Shown: in pieces, positions 43,864 to 58,800 of the stretch
How positions within the stretch are numbered: the first letter of the stretch is position 1
How the letters are laid out: each line of letters starts with the position of its first letter
Source of the DNA: Rhynchopus sp. YZ270_cl-10
Lineage: Eukaryota
DNA: 64,000 bases
Assembly: GCA_964035575.1 (NCBI GenBank)
Contig: OZ037843.1
Coordinates: 124,001-188,000, forward strand
Reading direction: 5' to 3'
The notes under the pieces: generated by a model
What the model saw: only the letters and a program-made list of their open reading frames with translations
What the model was told of the DNA's origin: nothing
Database searches by the model: none
Program-made: the position numbers and the translations under genes

Positions 43864-46800
43864 TTAAATGTCGTCATCTTTTCTGTTGGACATTTCTTCG
43901 TCCAACAGAGGCTCGCTCATTTGCTGTTCGGGGCTGTCCTTGACAAGCTCCGCGTCGTTCGTTTTCGCTTCGAAGTGCTCGTTCCACTTCTCGTCGTCGG
44001 CCTCGTTCTGGTTCTGGCGGCGCTTGCAGAGGAGGAAGGCGAGGAGGAGGCAACAGCAGCAGAGCAGCAGAAGGAGGGGAAGCAGCCAGCAGAGGATGCA
44101 GTCGTCGTCATCATCGCTGTCGCCGTCAATGGAGCCAGCGTTGCGTGTGATGTTCGTCGCGTTCTCACCCTCGGCGAAGCAAACTGCCGACTGCATTTGT
44201 CCGTTCTCACCGTGCATCGGCGCCACACACTGGCACACCCAGTCACCCTCCTTCGACTGGTCGGGGTCCACACACGTCTGTCCCTCTGCCACGCACACAC
44301 CAGACACAGCCTCGTCGGCGCACTCTCCAGTGTATGTGCAGGTGCTCTTTGCTCCAGTCGCCTCACCCACTGCAGGTGGCGGGCAACGGCACACCCAGGT
44401 GCCAGTGGCGGTCTTGTCGCTGTCGATGCACTGTGGGGGTTTTGGATGTAGGGGGGGGAAAAGGTTGGCAGAGGGGCAGGTGGAAGTGAATAGTGGGGTG
44501 GGTGAAACACAATACCTGCTGGCCCGCGTCAGTGCAGACAGTGGCCACGAGTGTGTCAACACATTCATCCAGAAGGCAGGCGGCGGCAGAGGTCTGTGCC
44601 TTGCCCTCAGACGGCGCGGCACACACACAGGTCCAGTCGTTCATGCTTGCTTCGGTCGTGACAGGGTCAACACAGGTCTGACTTGCGCTGGTGCAGACCA
44701 TCTGGTTGGCAGGCATGGAGCACTCATCGACAACTGTAGGTGGTGAGGTAGGCGGGAGGGGAGGGAGGGGAGGGACATACTGCATGTGGCACGCGATGCG
44801 ACAGCCACGTCGCCAGTGGCAGGGGCGATGCACTCGCAACGCCAGTCGCCAGTCGAGTCCGACGTGGTGACAGGGTCGATGCAGCGCTGTGCACCGTTGC
44901 CCTCACAGGCGAATCCATTTCCGTCGCCCTTGTCTGCGCACAGCGGGCACACCACGGAGCACTCGTCCAGCACACACACGGCAGGGCCCTGTGCACCCTC
45001 AGTCTTCGTCGTCGCGGGCTCAGAGCAGCGGCACTCCCAGTCGTCTGTCGAGCCTGCCTCTGGGTTCGGGTCGAAGCAGTGCTGTCCCGCAAGACATTTG
45101 TCCTTGTGGTCCACACACTCGCCGACAGGGTCTGTGGGGGTGGGTGTGGGTGTGAAAGTAGCAATATGGTGAAGATGTTTGTTTCTTTAGAAAGGCTGCA
45201 AAGGGACAGCAAGAGGACGTAGGTGAACCAGCCATGCCAGCCAAAGGAAGAGGGAGGGAGGAGGGGAGAGGGAGGAGGGGGAACATACTGCACACGGCAA
45301 CGGCACCCCTTGCGGTCTCGTTGGTTCCCGGGCACACACACTCCCAGTCGTTGAGGCTGTCCGGTGCGGTGTTAGTGTCTCTGCATGTCTGCCCTGCGTC
45401 CATGCACGTTGTGACGTTGACGCACTCGTTGTGCTCGCACAGCGGCACCGGTGCAAGGGCCTGCTTGCCCTCGGAGGAGGGGCAGCGGCATTCCCAGTTG
45501 CCGAGGAGGCTGGGTGTGGTGTCGAGGTCGACGCAGATCTGGTTCTTCTCAGCACAGACGTTGTTGTACGCGACGGCAGGCGCGCCGACAGGGGCAGGGG
45601 TCAGGACAGAGGTGCACGTCTGACGCTCACGGATCTGTGCGCGGCATGTGTCGATACCCTTGTTCCAGTCACTGTCAGCAACGAAGCACCAGTCGCCAGT
45701 CACAGCACGCTCAGGGTTGCAGCAAGCAGTGTTGCAAGGCTCAGAGAAGCCAGGGCCCGTGCCCAGAAGGCCTCCACCGACAAGGCTCGCCTGCCAGCCG
45801 CAGGCACACTCGCAGCCCTCAGTGGTGTAGCGGCGGAAGTGGCCGCACTGGCGTGCACCGGTGTTGGTCACAGCCTCGCACTCATCGATAGTGCAGGATG
45901 CAACCGGCATCGCCACGGCAGTGGCAGTGGCAGGTGCCTGGCAGACGCACATCCAGTCAGAGAGGCTTGAGGCAGAGAAGTTGGGGTCAACGCAGTCCTG
46001 GCCTTCTCCTGCACAGACGTTGACGGACTCCTGGCTCGTACGTGCGCAGGTTGGGCAGATGTCGGTGCACTCGTTGACAGTGCAGACTGTAGCGGCCTTG
46101 CTCCCGGTCTCTCCGTGGAAGGGTGCAATGCATGCACAGCGCCAGTCAGAGGACTCGCCGGTCTCACCAGGGACACACTTCTGACCAGCGGAGGCACAGA
46201 CCTGCTGGTTCGCGCTGTCGGCGCACCCGCCTGTGTATGTGCACGTCGCAACACCGCCAATCATGCTGCCCACAGCGCCCTCGGGGCAGAGGCACGACCA
46301 GTCGCCGAGGCTCGTGGGGGACGTGCTCTGGTCAATGCAGATCTGGCCGACAGCTGCGCAGACAGTCGACTTCGTGTCGCACTCATCCAGCAGGCAGGAC
46401 GCAGTTCCTCCCGTGGACGCACCAGAGGCAGGCGCAAGGCAGACACACATCCAGTCCCCCATGGACGACGAGTCCTGGTTCGGGTCCTCGCACATCTGTC
46501 CCACAGCCTCGCACGCCACAGCGTGCACAACACACTCGTCCACGTCGCACACAGCGGCAGCGCCCACAGCAGATCCCGTACCCTGCTGGCAGACGCACGA
46601 CCAGTCACCCACGCTCTCGGGGCTGGTGTCCTTGTCCACGCAGCTTTGGTCTCCACAGGTGTGGGTCATGCCCTGCTGCGCGCAGGTGTCGCAGCGTGCC
46701 ACACACTCGTCAAGCACGCACACGGCAGGCCCGTTCAGTGCCTCACCCACAAGCGGCGTGTTGCACTCGCAGTACCAAGCATTGTCCTTCTCCTTGCACA

Positions 46801-49800
46801 GCTGCTGCGGTCCGCATGCGGCACCGTTGGTCACACACAGCGTCGAGACAGTGCACATGTCAGCGGGCTTCGCAATCGCACTGCCCTCGCTCGGGTCCTC
46901 GCACTGGCACACCCAGTTGCCGAGGGAGTCGACGTCCTGCTTCGAGTCCACACAACGCTGGCCTGCCGCAGAGCAGATCGTGTTGCCGTTGTCCTGGCCG
47001 TTGTTCCACTCCTTCGGCACAATGCACTCATCGATGAGACACTTCGCCGCCTCGCCCACACCAGACTTCCCGGTGTACGGCCACGCGCACTGGCATTCCC
47101 ACGAGCCCAGCAGTGAGAGGTCGTCATCGACACACATCTGCGAGTTCTTGCCCGCAGTGATCACACCAGAGCACACGTTCGCGTTCTCGAGGATCGTGCA
47201 CTCGTCGATCGGGCACACTGCCGCAGCCGCACGCTGGGTACCAAGGCCGGGCGCCTTGCACTTGCACCACCAGTCTCCGGTGCTGATGGGGTCCTTGTTC
47301 GCGTCCTCGCAGTCCTGGCCCGCGGAGAGGCAAGCGTGCTTGCTGGATCCGGGGAGCATCGCGCACGTTGCGCATGGCACCGTGCACTCGTCGAGCTCGC
47401 AGGTGGCGGGGGCAGTCTTCTTGGGAGTGCCGGTCTGGGGGCTGACGCACACGCAGGTCCAGTCTCCGGGTGTCTCGACGTTGGGGTCGACGCAGGTCTG
47501 TCCCATGTTGGTGCAGATGTCGGAGTTGCTCTTGTCATCGCACTCACCAACGAACGCGCACACGGCAACTCCAGCCACGGCGGTACCTGTGGAAGGTGCG
47601 GGGCAGCTGCACGACCAGTCGCCGGTGGACTCAGCAGCCAAGTTGTCATCGAAACAGGTCTGTCCCGCGGACTGGCACTGCTTGCCGTGCACGACACACT
47701 CGTCGTAGGTGCAGACGGCAACTCCATTCACGACCTTGCCCACGTAAGGTGTGTGGCACTCGCAGTACCAGTCACCCTCGGTGGTGGTGTCAGGGTCGAC
47801 GCACGCCTGCTCAGCCTTCTCGCACACGGAGCCGGCGGCGGTGTCACACTCGTTCGTAGTGCACACGGCCACAGCACCCTTGGCGCTCACAGTGCTGCCG
47901 ACACACTGGCACTCCCAGTCCTTGGTCGACGTCGGGGACGTGCTGCCCTCAACACAGACCTGCGCAGGGCCGCTTGCCGCCTCGCACACTGTCTTGCTTC
48001 CTCCAGCGGTTCTGGCGCACGTCACACACGTCGCAAGGCACTCGTCAAGGATGCAGTTCAACGAGTCGGCAGGGAAGTCGGAGGTGAAGGGCATCTCGGG
48101 TCCGGTCTGGGGCATCACACACTCGCAACGTCCCTGGGTGCCCTTGGGCACGCACATCTGTCCACGGGCAGTGCAGGTGCTTCCGTAGGTCTGGCACCAG
48201 GAGCCGCCAGGGCATGTTGCAGGTGCACCAGTGGTGCCGCGCTCGGTGGGGGTCTCGGGGCAGACGCACATCCAGTCGTTCTTGGAGGTGATGTCGGTGT
48301 TGGGGTCGACGCAGAGCTGGCCTGCGGCAGTGCAGATGGAGGCCTTGGTCGTCTCCAGGCATTCGTCCCAGAGGCAGTTCGCCACACGGCCGGTCGCCGT
48401 CCCGACTGAGGGAGACGGGCACTCGCAGCGCCAGTCGCCTGTCACAGAGGTGTTCGCGTCGAGGCAGGACTGGCCAGCAACGCCGCAGACGCCTTCGTTG
48501 AGACCACCGTTCGCCTCGCATTCGTCAACCATGCACTGCACAACAGCGGCGGCGGTGGCAGACCCAGTGAGGCCTGTCGGGCAGACACAGCGCCAGTCCT
48601 TCACGTCCGACGGGGAGAGCGACGTCTCCTCACAGCGCTGCTTGTTCTGCTCGCAGACGTTTCCGGCGCCCTTGTCGGCGCAGGTCGCGCACTGTGAGGT
48701 GCACTCGTCCAGCTGGCACAGCGCAGGTCCTCCCGTTGTGCTGACGCCCGAGGACGGCTCGACACACTGGCACACCCAGTCACCCACAACCATGACATCC
48801 GGGTCGTAGCAGGTCTGGCCAACCTGGGTGCACACCTTTGCGTTCTCTGCGCATTCGCCAGTCCAGTCGCAGGTGGCGGTCGACATGGCAGCCTCACCAG
48901 ACGCGCCCTTCGGGCAGATGCACTTCCAGTCGCCGACAGACCCGCTCTCGGTGTTGGTGTCGAAGCAGGTCTGGCCCACAGAGGCGCAGACGTTGACGTC
49001 CGTGCACTCGTCGGTGATGCAGACAGCAGGCTTGCCGGCAGCAGACTCGCCGAAGGAAGGGGCGTTGCACTCGCAGCGCCAGTCGCCCTGGCTCTTGGCA
49101 GCCTTGCTCGAGTCGACGCAGGTCTGTCCAGCACCGCACACAGCAGCAGCGGCAGCAGCAGCAGCACCAGCAGGCGGCGCAACACACATCTGGATGCGCT
49201 CCTGGAGCGTGCCGTCCACGGGGCAGCCCTTCTTGCGGTTGTCCTCGCTGTCCTCAATGATGCAGTAGGCTCCTGCCTGCGTTGTGGGGTTGCAGCATCC
49301 TGCCGTGCACGGCGAGTCCACACCTGGTCCCGACCCGACGACGAGGGCGAGCAGGGGCTCCTGCCAGTTGCATTTGCAGGCACAGCCGTTAACAGTCTCA
49401 CGGGGCACCTGCTCGCAGCCTACGGCACCGAAGTTGGTGACCTCGGCACACTCATCCATCTCGCAGACGGCCACAGCACGTGTCGCCATGGCACCACCGC
49501 CAGGGCAGGAGCACATCCAGTCGCCTGTAGAGGTGGCGGTCGTGACCGGGTCAGTGCAGCCCTGTCCTGCCTGCGTGCAGAGGTTTCCGGCACCCTTGTT
49601 CGCGCACGTGTCGCACACCTGTGTGCACTCGTCAAGAACGCAGTCCGCAGCCTTGCGCACAGAGAAGATGTCGCCCGCAGCGCAGTGGCACTCCCAGTCG
49701 CCCGTCGAGGTCGGCGTCGGCTTGGGGTCGATGCAGACCTGTCCCGCGGTGTTGCAGATGTTGAAGTTCTCCTGGATGTTGCACTCGTTCAGAATACACT

Positions 49801-52800
49801 GCGCAGGCACGCCCTTGCCAGTACCAGTCTGTCCAACCGGGCAGGTGCACAGGAAGTCTCCCGTCGAGGTTGGGTCCATGTCAGGGTCGCTGCAGGTCTG
49901 TCCCTCCCCGCAGACAGGGTCCTGCGTGTCCAGACGCACACACTCGTCCACACGGCAGACAGGGATCGCGAGGGTGCGGTTCCCAGTGGCAGGCGGCTTG
50001 CAGATGCACATCCAGTCGCTGCGCGAGCGGACGTCCTGGTTCGGGTCGTGGCACAGCGTGTTGGTGGCGGTGCAGGCGTTGCCCTGGCCGTTGCCGCTGT
50101 CCGCACAGGAGATGCAGACCTCGGCACACTCGTCGAGCATGCACGACGCGATGGCGGCAGTCTCCTGGCCGGCCTGGCCAGAGGGGCAGCGGCAGATCCA
50201 GTCGTGGAGCGAAGAGGCGTCGGTGTTGGGGTCAACGCAGAGCTGTCCGGCAGCTGCGCACATGCCACCCTCGCAGGTGGAGCAGGTGGCGGAGCACTCG
50301 TCCAGAGTGCAGGTAGTGATGCCCATGACGGTCACGGTGCCGGTTGCAGGTGGGAGGCACTCGCACTGCCAGTTGCCCTGCTCAGAGGTGTCCGGGTCGA
50401 CGCAGACCTGGCCCGCAGCAGTGCACAGGGCGTTCACGACAGCGTCCGCGCACTCGCTTGTGGGGGGCGGGGTGCACACAGCAGTGCTCGCAACAGCAGA
50501 GGCGGTGACGCCTGCGTTGGGCGCGCAGTGGCACTCCCAGTCGCCAGTGCTCGTCTCGGTCGTGGCGGGGTCCTCGCAGACCTGTCCTGCGTTGTGGCAA
50601 GTCTGCTCGTTCGTCACACACTCGTCCAGGACGCATGTCGTCGCACCGGCAACAGTGCTTCCCACAGCAGGCGGCGTGCACACGCACTCCCAGTCCCCCT
50701 CGGTCGTGAAGCCCTTGTCAACGCAGGTCTGGCCGGTGGGGCATTTATCGCTGTTGGTCGCATCCAAGCACTCATCGGTCTCGCACACAGCAGGGTTGCC
50801 GATGGCCACCTGGGTCGATCCCGGGCACTGGCAGGCCCAGTCGCCAAGGCTTGTGTAATCGGTGTTGCTGTCGATGCAGGTCTGTCCCGCCTTCACACAG
50901 ACGTTGTCCTCGTTCTCGACCGTGACAGCCGTGCCTGGGAGGAACACCTTGCACTCATCAATGGAGCAGTCTGCAGCGCCCGTGGTACGGGTTACCTTCT
51001 GGTTCGGAGGAGGGCAGGTGCACTTCCAGTGTCCGTCAATCGTCTTCTCGATGTCCTCACAGGTCTGGCCAGCACCGACGCAAGTGTCCCCGTAGAGCGT
51101 GCACTCGTCGACCTCGCACACAGCAGGCTTGGCAGTCGCAGAGCCCGTGGCAGGTGCTGTGCAGAAGCACTGCCAGTCCGAAAGCGAGGAGCCGTCCTGG
51201 TTAGGGTCAAGGCAGGTCTGGCCGACCAGCTCGCACTCAGATTTGTGGATGACACACTCGTCGACCTTGCACCTCGCTGCGTTCGCAGTGGCAGAGCCGA
51301 CGGCAGGTGTCTGGCACACACAGCGCCAGTCGCCCTCAATCGCGGTGTTGTCGTCTACACAGTCCTGTCCGGCGCCAGAGCACGTAGACCTGTGTGTCTT
51401 GCACTCATCCGTCACACACGTGGCTGCAGCAGCACGCTGGACACCAGAGGCAGGCTCGATGCAGCGGCACTCCCATGAGCTGAGACCTGTGATGGGGTTC
51501 TTGTCGGCGTCCACGCACGTCTGCTTCGCGTCCGAGCACGTCGTGCCTGCGCACGTCGCGCACTGTGCAGTGCACTCGTCCAGCACGCAGACAGCGGCAC
51601 CGCCGACCACGGGTGCACCAGTGGCAGGCACAACGCAGAGGCAGCTCCAGTCGCCCGCGGTCGCGGTGTCGGGGTCGTTGCAGATCTGCCCCTTGGAGGT
51701 GCACACGTCGCTGTTCGTCAGGTCATCGCATTCGCCAACCATCACACACTCCGCTGGCGCCTGGTTCCCTACGGCGTTCTGGTGCAGCGGTGGGGAGCAC
51801 TGGCAGACCCAGTTGTTGAGGCTGGTCTCCCTCTTGTCCTCGTCAAGGCAGACCTGTCCGATGTTCGAGCACACGTGCCCGTGGGTCTTGCACTCATCGA
51901 CAATGCAGACAGCTGGGCCCTTTGTTTCCTTCCCGCTCGCAGGGTCCTGGCAGTGGCACTCCCAGTCGCTGAGGCTGTCCGGGCTGGTGTTGGGGTCGAT
52001 GCACGTCTGGCTGCTGGCGGCACAGACGAATCTCGCACGGTCGCACTCGTCAACAGCGCAGACGGCCGCCTTCCCGACGGAGACCTGCGTGGAGGGTGCG
52101 GGGCAGCGGCACTCCCAGTCCCAGAGGGAGGATGCCTTCGGGTTCGGGTCGTAGCAGGTCTGGCCGGCAGCCTTGCATGCGTTGTTCGAGCAGGAGACGC
52201 AGGTCGACACACACTCGTCCATGAGACAGACAGCCGCAGTCTTCACACCCGTGCCGGTCGACGGTGGGGCGCACACACACTGCCAGGTGTCGGTCGTGGT
52301 CAGGTCGGAGTCAAGGCACGTCTGTGCGGGGACGGCCTGCTCGCACACGGCTCTGTTGTCGACACACTCGTCCACCTCGCAGACTGCCGCACCCAGCTTC
52401 TTGACGTTGGAGGATGGGGGCGGGCAGACGCACTGCCACGTGTTGAGTGTGCTCACATCGGAGTCCACGCAGGTCTGCATCGCAAGCTTGCACTCGTCTC
52501 CGTGGATGAGGCACTCGTTGGTCGTGCACGTCGCCACACCACCTGTCTTCGAGCCCTGGTCCGGCGCCACACAGAGACAGTCAAAGTCGCCAGTGGTCGA
52601 GAGGTGCGAGTCGTGGCACACCTGCCCCGCGTCCGTGCAGATCTTGCCGTTCGGGGAGGTCGCGCCTGTGAGCACGTCGACGCACTCGTCTGCGCTGCAC
52701 ACAGCCGCGTTGCCCTGCTGCATGATGTGCTGGAACGGGGCCGGGCACCTGCACGACCAGTCGTTCGTCTGCCACGGGTCGGTGTTGGTGTCGACGCACT

Positions 52801-55800
52801 CCTGGCCGAGCGCAGTGCAGATGTTGCCAGCGCCCTTGTCCGCGCAGGTGTCACACTTCGTCACACACTCGTCCACAATGCACTTCATGACGTAGGCACC
52901 CACCTGTGTCGATCCTCCGATCTTGCACTTGCAGTACCAGTCGTTCGTCACAGACTGGCTAGGGTCCACGCAGTCCTGGTCCGCTCCGGTGCAGACGTTG
53001 CCGCTGCCTGTGTCCGCACAGGTAGCACACACTGCGGCGCACTCGTTGAGCGTGCACACTGCTGCGGGGCCCTGGACAGCGCTGCCCGAGGAAGGGGGCG
53101 GGCACTGGCAGGTCCAGTCGTTCTTGCTAGCGAGGGTTGGTGTCGGGTCGACGCAGGTCTGAGTTGCGTCGGTGCACTTCTTTGTGTTGGCTGCGTCAGA
53201 GCACTCGTCGTACACACACTCCGCCACGACGGCAGTGGTGCGTGTCGTGGTCGAGGGCGCGGCACACACACACATCCAGTTGGAGAGGCTCGTGGCGCTT
53301 GTGTCCGGGTCCGTGCAGGTCTGGCCTGCGGCGGTGCAGACGTCTGCCTCACATGACGGGCAGGTGGCGACACACTCGTCGATCAGACACACTGCCGCAG
53401 CACCCTTCACTGGTGTGCCCGTAGAAGGTGCCTTGCAGGCGCATTCCCAGTTCCCGTTGGTGGTCGTGTCCGTGTCGACGCAGTCCTGGTCGTGGAGTTT
53501 GCAGAGGTCGGCCTCGCAGGAGGGGCACGTCGCCAGACACTCGTCCATGATGCACGTTGCGGGTGCGCCAACAACGGGCACGCCTGCGTAGGGTGCGATG
53601 CAGGCGCATTCGTACTCGGTGGCAGACTTCTGCACGCAGTGCTGCTTCGCCTGTGCGCACTTCACATCGCCGCCCTGGTCAACACACACGTCCGGTGGCG
53701 TGCACGTGGCCGCCGCCTGCATACCAGCAACACCAGTGTCGGGAGCAATGCACTCGCAGATCCAGTTGTTCGGGGTGGTCGTGTCCGTGTCCTTGCACGT
53801 CTGCCCCGCCACGTCGCAGATTGTGTTCTCCTTGCACTCATCGTCGGTGCAGGTGGCAGGTCCGCCTGCCTGCGAGCCGACCGTGGGCGGCTGGCACTCG
53901 CAGAACCAGTTGCCGCTGGTGAGCTGGTCGGGGTCGACGCACACCTGGCCCGCAGCACACTTAGAGCCGTGCTCGACACACTCGTCCTTCGCGCACACAG
54001 CCGCGTTCGCCTGTGCCGTGGTGGTCGAAGGCGGGGGGCACTTGCACATCCAGTCGCCGAGCTTCGAGATCCCGGTGTCAGGGTCCTCACAGGTCTGTCC
54101 GTTCTTGGCACAGAGGCCCTGTGCGCAAGTCGGGCACGTTGCAACGCACTCATCGATGGTGCAGACGGCAGCACCACCACGTCCCCCAGTCGTCGTGGCC
54201 GGGGCTGTGCAGACGCACATCCAGTCGTCAAGGCTGGAGGTGTCCGGGGTAGGGTCTGTGCAGGTCTGTCCGGCAGAGGTGCAGACATCGACTCCGTTGA
54301 CCTGTGCGCAGGTGGGGCAGGTCTCCTCGCACTCGTTGAGCGGGCACACGGCAGGGCCGCCTGTGGTAGGGGTGCCGCCAGTGACACACTCGCACACCCA
54401 GTTGTTGTCGGTCGTCTTGTCCGCATCCTTGCAGATCTGGTTCGCTGCGGTGCAGACTGCTCCGTGCTCAGTGCACTCATCCTTCTCGCAGGTCGTCACC
54501 GGTGCCTGCTGCGCAGTGCCAGTCATCGGCGCGACACACTTGCACACCCAGTTGTTCGTGACAAGGTTGTCCGGGTCTTCGCAGATCTGGCCCTTGTCAG
54601 TGCACACGTTGTTCACATCGCTCGGCACGCCTGGAATGGGGTCGCGAATAATCTTTGCACCGCCGTCGGCAGGGATCGTGCCCGCAGCAGAGCAGAAGTT
54701 GCGCCTCGCTGTGCAGCCCTTCTTCGTGTTGTAGTCGTTCACTGCCAAGTAGCACCAGTCGCCTGAGGGGTGAGACTCAGGGTTGCAGCACCCAGCCTTG
54801 CATTCCTCGGTGGATCCAGGGCCCGGGGGCATGACAATGACGTTCCCGTTGCCGTCCTTGAAGGTGGCCGTCCAGTCGCATGCACACTGGCAACCGTCTG
54901 ATGTGTAACGTGGCACGTGGGTGCAGGTGACAGCGTCGGAGAGCTCCTCACACTCGTTCTTGCCGTCGATGCACTGCGCCACAGCAGCAGAGGTGGCGAA
55001 CTTGGCGCTAGTCTTGCATGTGCACGTCCAGGTGCCCAGGTCCGTCGCAGTGGTGACAGGGTCGTGGCACACCTGGTCAGCGGCCTCGCAGACGTTCGCA
55101 GAGGCCATGTCGGTCTTGGCACAGCTCGGGCACACGGCAACGCACTCATCGAGGTTGCACGGGACAACGGCGCCGAGCTTCTGGGATCCGGTCTGTGGCG
55201 CGACGCACTGGCACTCCCAGTCGTCGAGGGTCGTCGTGCTGGGGTCGACGCAGACCTGCGACACATCCTCGCACTTCTGCTTGTTCACCGCCAGGGTGCA
55301 CTCATTGACCTCGCAGGTGGCAACGCCGCCAACCTTGACAGTGGTGGACGGTGATGCGCATTCGCACTGCCAGTTGTTCGGTGTCGTCTGGTCCGTGTCC
55401 ACACACACCTGCGACGCAGCGTCGCACACAGCGCCGTTCGCGATACACTCGTTCTCCGTGCACGTCGCCACACCGGTGAGCATGCGCCCCACCTTCGGGT
55501 CCACACAGACGCACTCCCAGTCACCGCTGACAGAGGTGCTGGGCTCGACACAGGTCTGTCCCGCACCGTCGCACACGTTGCCCTTCATGTCGTCCTTGTC
55601 GGCGCAGGTGGGGCACTTCACCTGGCACTCGTCCAGGGTGCAGTCCGCAGCGGCAATGGTGTTCTGGCCGGAGAACGGCAGGCGGCACTTGCAGACCCAG
55701 TTGCCGAGGCTGAGGGCGTCGGTGTTCGGGTCCTCACAGTCCTGGTTGGCGGCAGTGCAGACGTTGTCCGACATGGCGTCCTTCTTGGCACAGGTCGCGC

Positions 55801-58800
55801 ACGTCACAGTGCACTCGTCGATCGCGCACTCCGCAGCGGCGTTGGTGCCCACCTTGGTCTGTGTGGCCGGTGCAATGCACTCACACTCGAACTGGTTGTC
55901 GAGCGGGAGTACCGTGTCCTTGCAGGACTGTCCTGCCGCCTCGCACGTCTTGCCGTTCACCTCGCAGTCACCTGGTGGGTCTGTGCAGACGGCCACGCCG
56001 AGTTTCACGGTGGTACCCATCTGGGGGGCGATGCACTCGCACTGCCACGTGTCAGGCGCGTTCAGGTCGGTGTCGACGCACAGCTGTCCCTTCATCTTGC
56101 ACACCACGTCCTGCTCTGTGCACTCGTTGTGGCTGCAGTCCGCCACCGCCATAGTCGCAGACACAGAGCTGCGGGGAGCAGGGCACACGCACTCCCAGTT
56201 CCCGGTTGTGGAGGTGTCAGGGTCACGGCAGGTCTGCATTGCACCAGTACACGTATCCTTGTTCGGTGGAGTGCCCTCCTCGCACTCGTCCAGCGCGCAC
56301 ACAGCAACCTGCTGCGGGCCCGTACCCGTCTTCGGTGCCACACACTTGCACACCCAGTCACCGTCGACAGTCTGGTCAGGGTCCTCGCAGATCTGCTCGG
56401 CATCAGTGCAAATGTTGTTCTGGCTGTCGGGGATGCCAGGGATAGTTGCCCTTGGCGGCACACCACCAGTGGCAGGCACAGCTCCAGCAGCAAGACAGGT
56501 TTCGCGAGATGTGCTGCACCCACGCTGGGTGTTGAAGTCGTTACGTGCCGGGTAGCACCAGTCTCCAGCTGCCTCGGAGTTCGGGTTGCAGCATCCTCCT
56601 GCACACGGGGTGGTGGATCCCGGACCGTCAGGGTACACAATCACCATCCCGTTGAAGTCCTTGAAGGTGGCAATCCAGTCGCATGCACACTGGCATCCGC
56701 TTGCAGTGTAACGAGGCACGTGGTTGCAGGTGACAGCGTCGGAGATCTCCTCACACTCGTTCTTAGTCGGGGGAGGGGGCACGTCAGTGGCAGGTGCGTC
56801 GGTGGGCACGGCTGTTGGTGCTGCTGTGTCAGGTGGGTTTGTGGCAGGTGCGTCGGTGGCAGGTGGGTTTGTCGGTGCTGCCGTGGGCGGTGCACCGCAC
56901 ACAGCAACCTGCTGCTGTCCGGGGGTTCCGACCTTCGGTGCCACACACTTGCACACCCAGTTGTCATCTGTTGTCAGGTCAGGGTCCTCGCAGATCTGCT
57001 CGGCATCAGTGCAAATGTTGTTCTGGGTGTCGGGGATGCCAGGGATAGTTGCCCTTGGCGGCACACCACCAGTGGCAGGCACAGCTCCAGCAGCAAGACA
57101 GGTTTCGCGAGATGTGCTGCACCCACGCTGCGTGTTGAAGTCGTTTGCTGCCAGGTAGCACCAGTCTCCAGTTGCTTCGGAGTTCGGGTTGCAGCATCCT
57201 CCTGCACACGGGGTGGTGGATCCCGGACCGTCAGGGTACACAATCACCATCCCGTTGCCGTCCTTGAAGGTGGCAATCCAATCGCATGCACACTGGCATC
57301 CGCTTGCAGTGTAACGAGGCTTGTGGTTGCAGGTGACAGCACTCGAGATCTCCTCACACTCGTTCTTCGTAGCAGGAGGAGGAACGTTCGTTGCAGGTGC
57401 GTCTGTCGGTGCAAGGGTCACGTCCACGCAAGTCGCCAGTGCCTGCTGTCCAGGTGTGCCGGTCTTGGGAGCGACACAGGTACACTGCCAGTCATTATCA
57501 GTCATGTTGTCAGGGTCAACACAGATCTGTCCTCCGTCAGTGCAAATGTTGTTCTGGCTGTCGGGGATGCCAGGGACAGTGGGACGTGGTGTGACACCAC
57601 CAGTGGCAGGCACAGCTCCGGCAGCAAGACAGGTTTCGCGAGATGTGCTGCACCCACGCTGAGTGTTGAAGTCGTTACGTGCCGGGTAGCACCAGTCTCC
57701 ACCTGCCTCGGAGTTCGGGTTGCAGCATCCTCCTGCACACGGGGTGGTGGATCCCGGACCGTCAGGGAGGACAATCACCATCATGGTCTGGGAGTCCTTG
57801 AAGGTGGCAATCCAGTCGCATGCACACTGGCATCCGCTTGCAGTGTAACGAGGCTTGTGGTTGCAGGTGACGGCAGCCGAGATCTCCTCACACTCGTTCT
57901 TTCCTGGTGGAGGGGGGGCGTTTGTGGCAGGTGCATCAGTGGCAGGTGCGTCTGTCGGTGCAATGGTTACGTCCACACAAGTCGCCAGTGCCTGCTGTCC
58001 AGGTGTGCCGGTCTTGGGAGAGACACACTGACACTGCCAGTCATTATCAGTCATGCTGTTAGGGTCAACACAGATCTGTCCTCCGTCAGTGCAAATGTTG
58101 TTCTGGCTGTCGGGGATGCCAGGGATAGTGGGACGTGGTGTGACACCACCAGTGGCAGGCACAGCTCCAGCAGCAAGACAGGTTTCACGTGCAGTGCTGC
58201 ACCCACGCTGAGTGTTGAAGTCGTTTGCTGCCGGGTAGCACCAGTCTCCACCTGCCTCGGAGTTCGGGTTGCAGCATCCTCCTGCACACGGGGTGGTGGA
58301 TCCCGGACCGTCAGGGAGGACAATCACCATCATGGTCTGGGAGTCCTTGAAGGTGGCAATCCAGTCGCATGCACACTGGCATCCGCTTGCAGTGTAACGA
58401 GGCTTGTGGTTGCAGGTGACAGCGGACGAGATCTCCTCACACTCGTTCTTTCCAGTCGGTGGGGGAACGTTCGTTGCAGGTGCGTCTGTCGGTGCAAGGG
58501 TTGTGGCCACGCAAGTCGCCAGTGCCTGCTGTCCAGGTGTGCCGGTCTTGGGAGAGACACACTGACACTGCCAGTCATTATCAGTCATGTTGTTAGGGTC
58601 AACACAGATCTGTCCTCCGTCAGTGCAAATGTTGTTCTGGCTGTCGGGGATGCCAGGGACAGTGGCACGTGGTGTGACACCACCAGTGGCGGGCACAGCT
58701 CCGGCAGCAAGACAGGTTTCACGTGCAGTGCTGCACCCACGCTGAGTGTTGAAGTCGTTTGCCGCCGGGTAGCACCAGTCTCCACCTGCCTCGGAGTTCG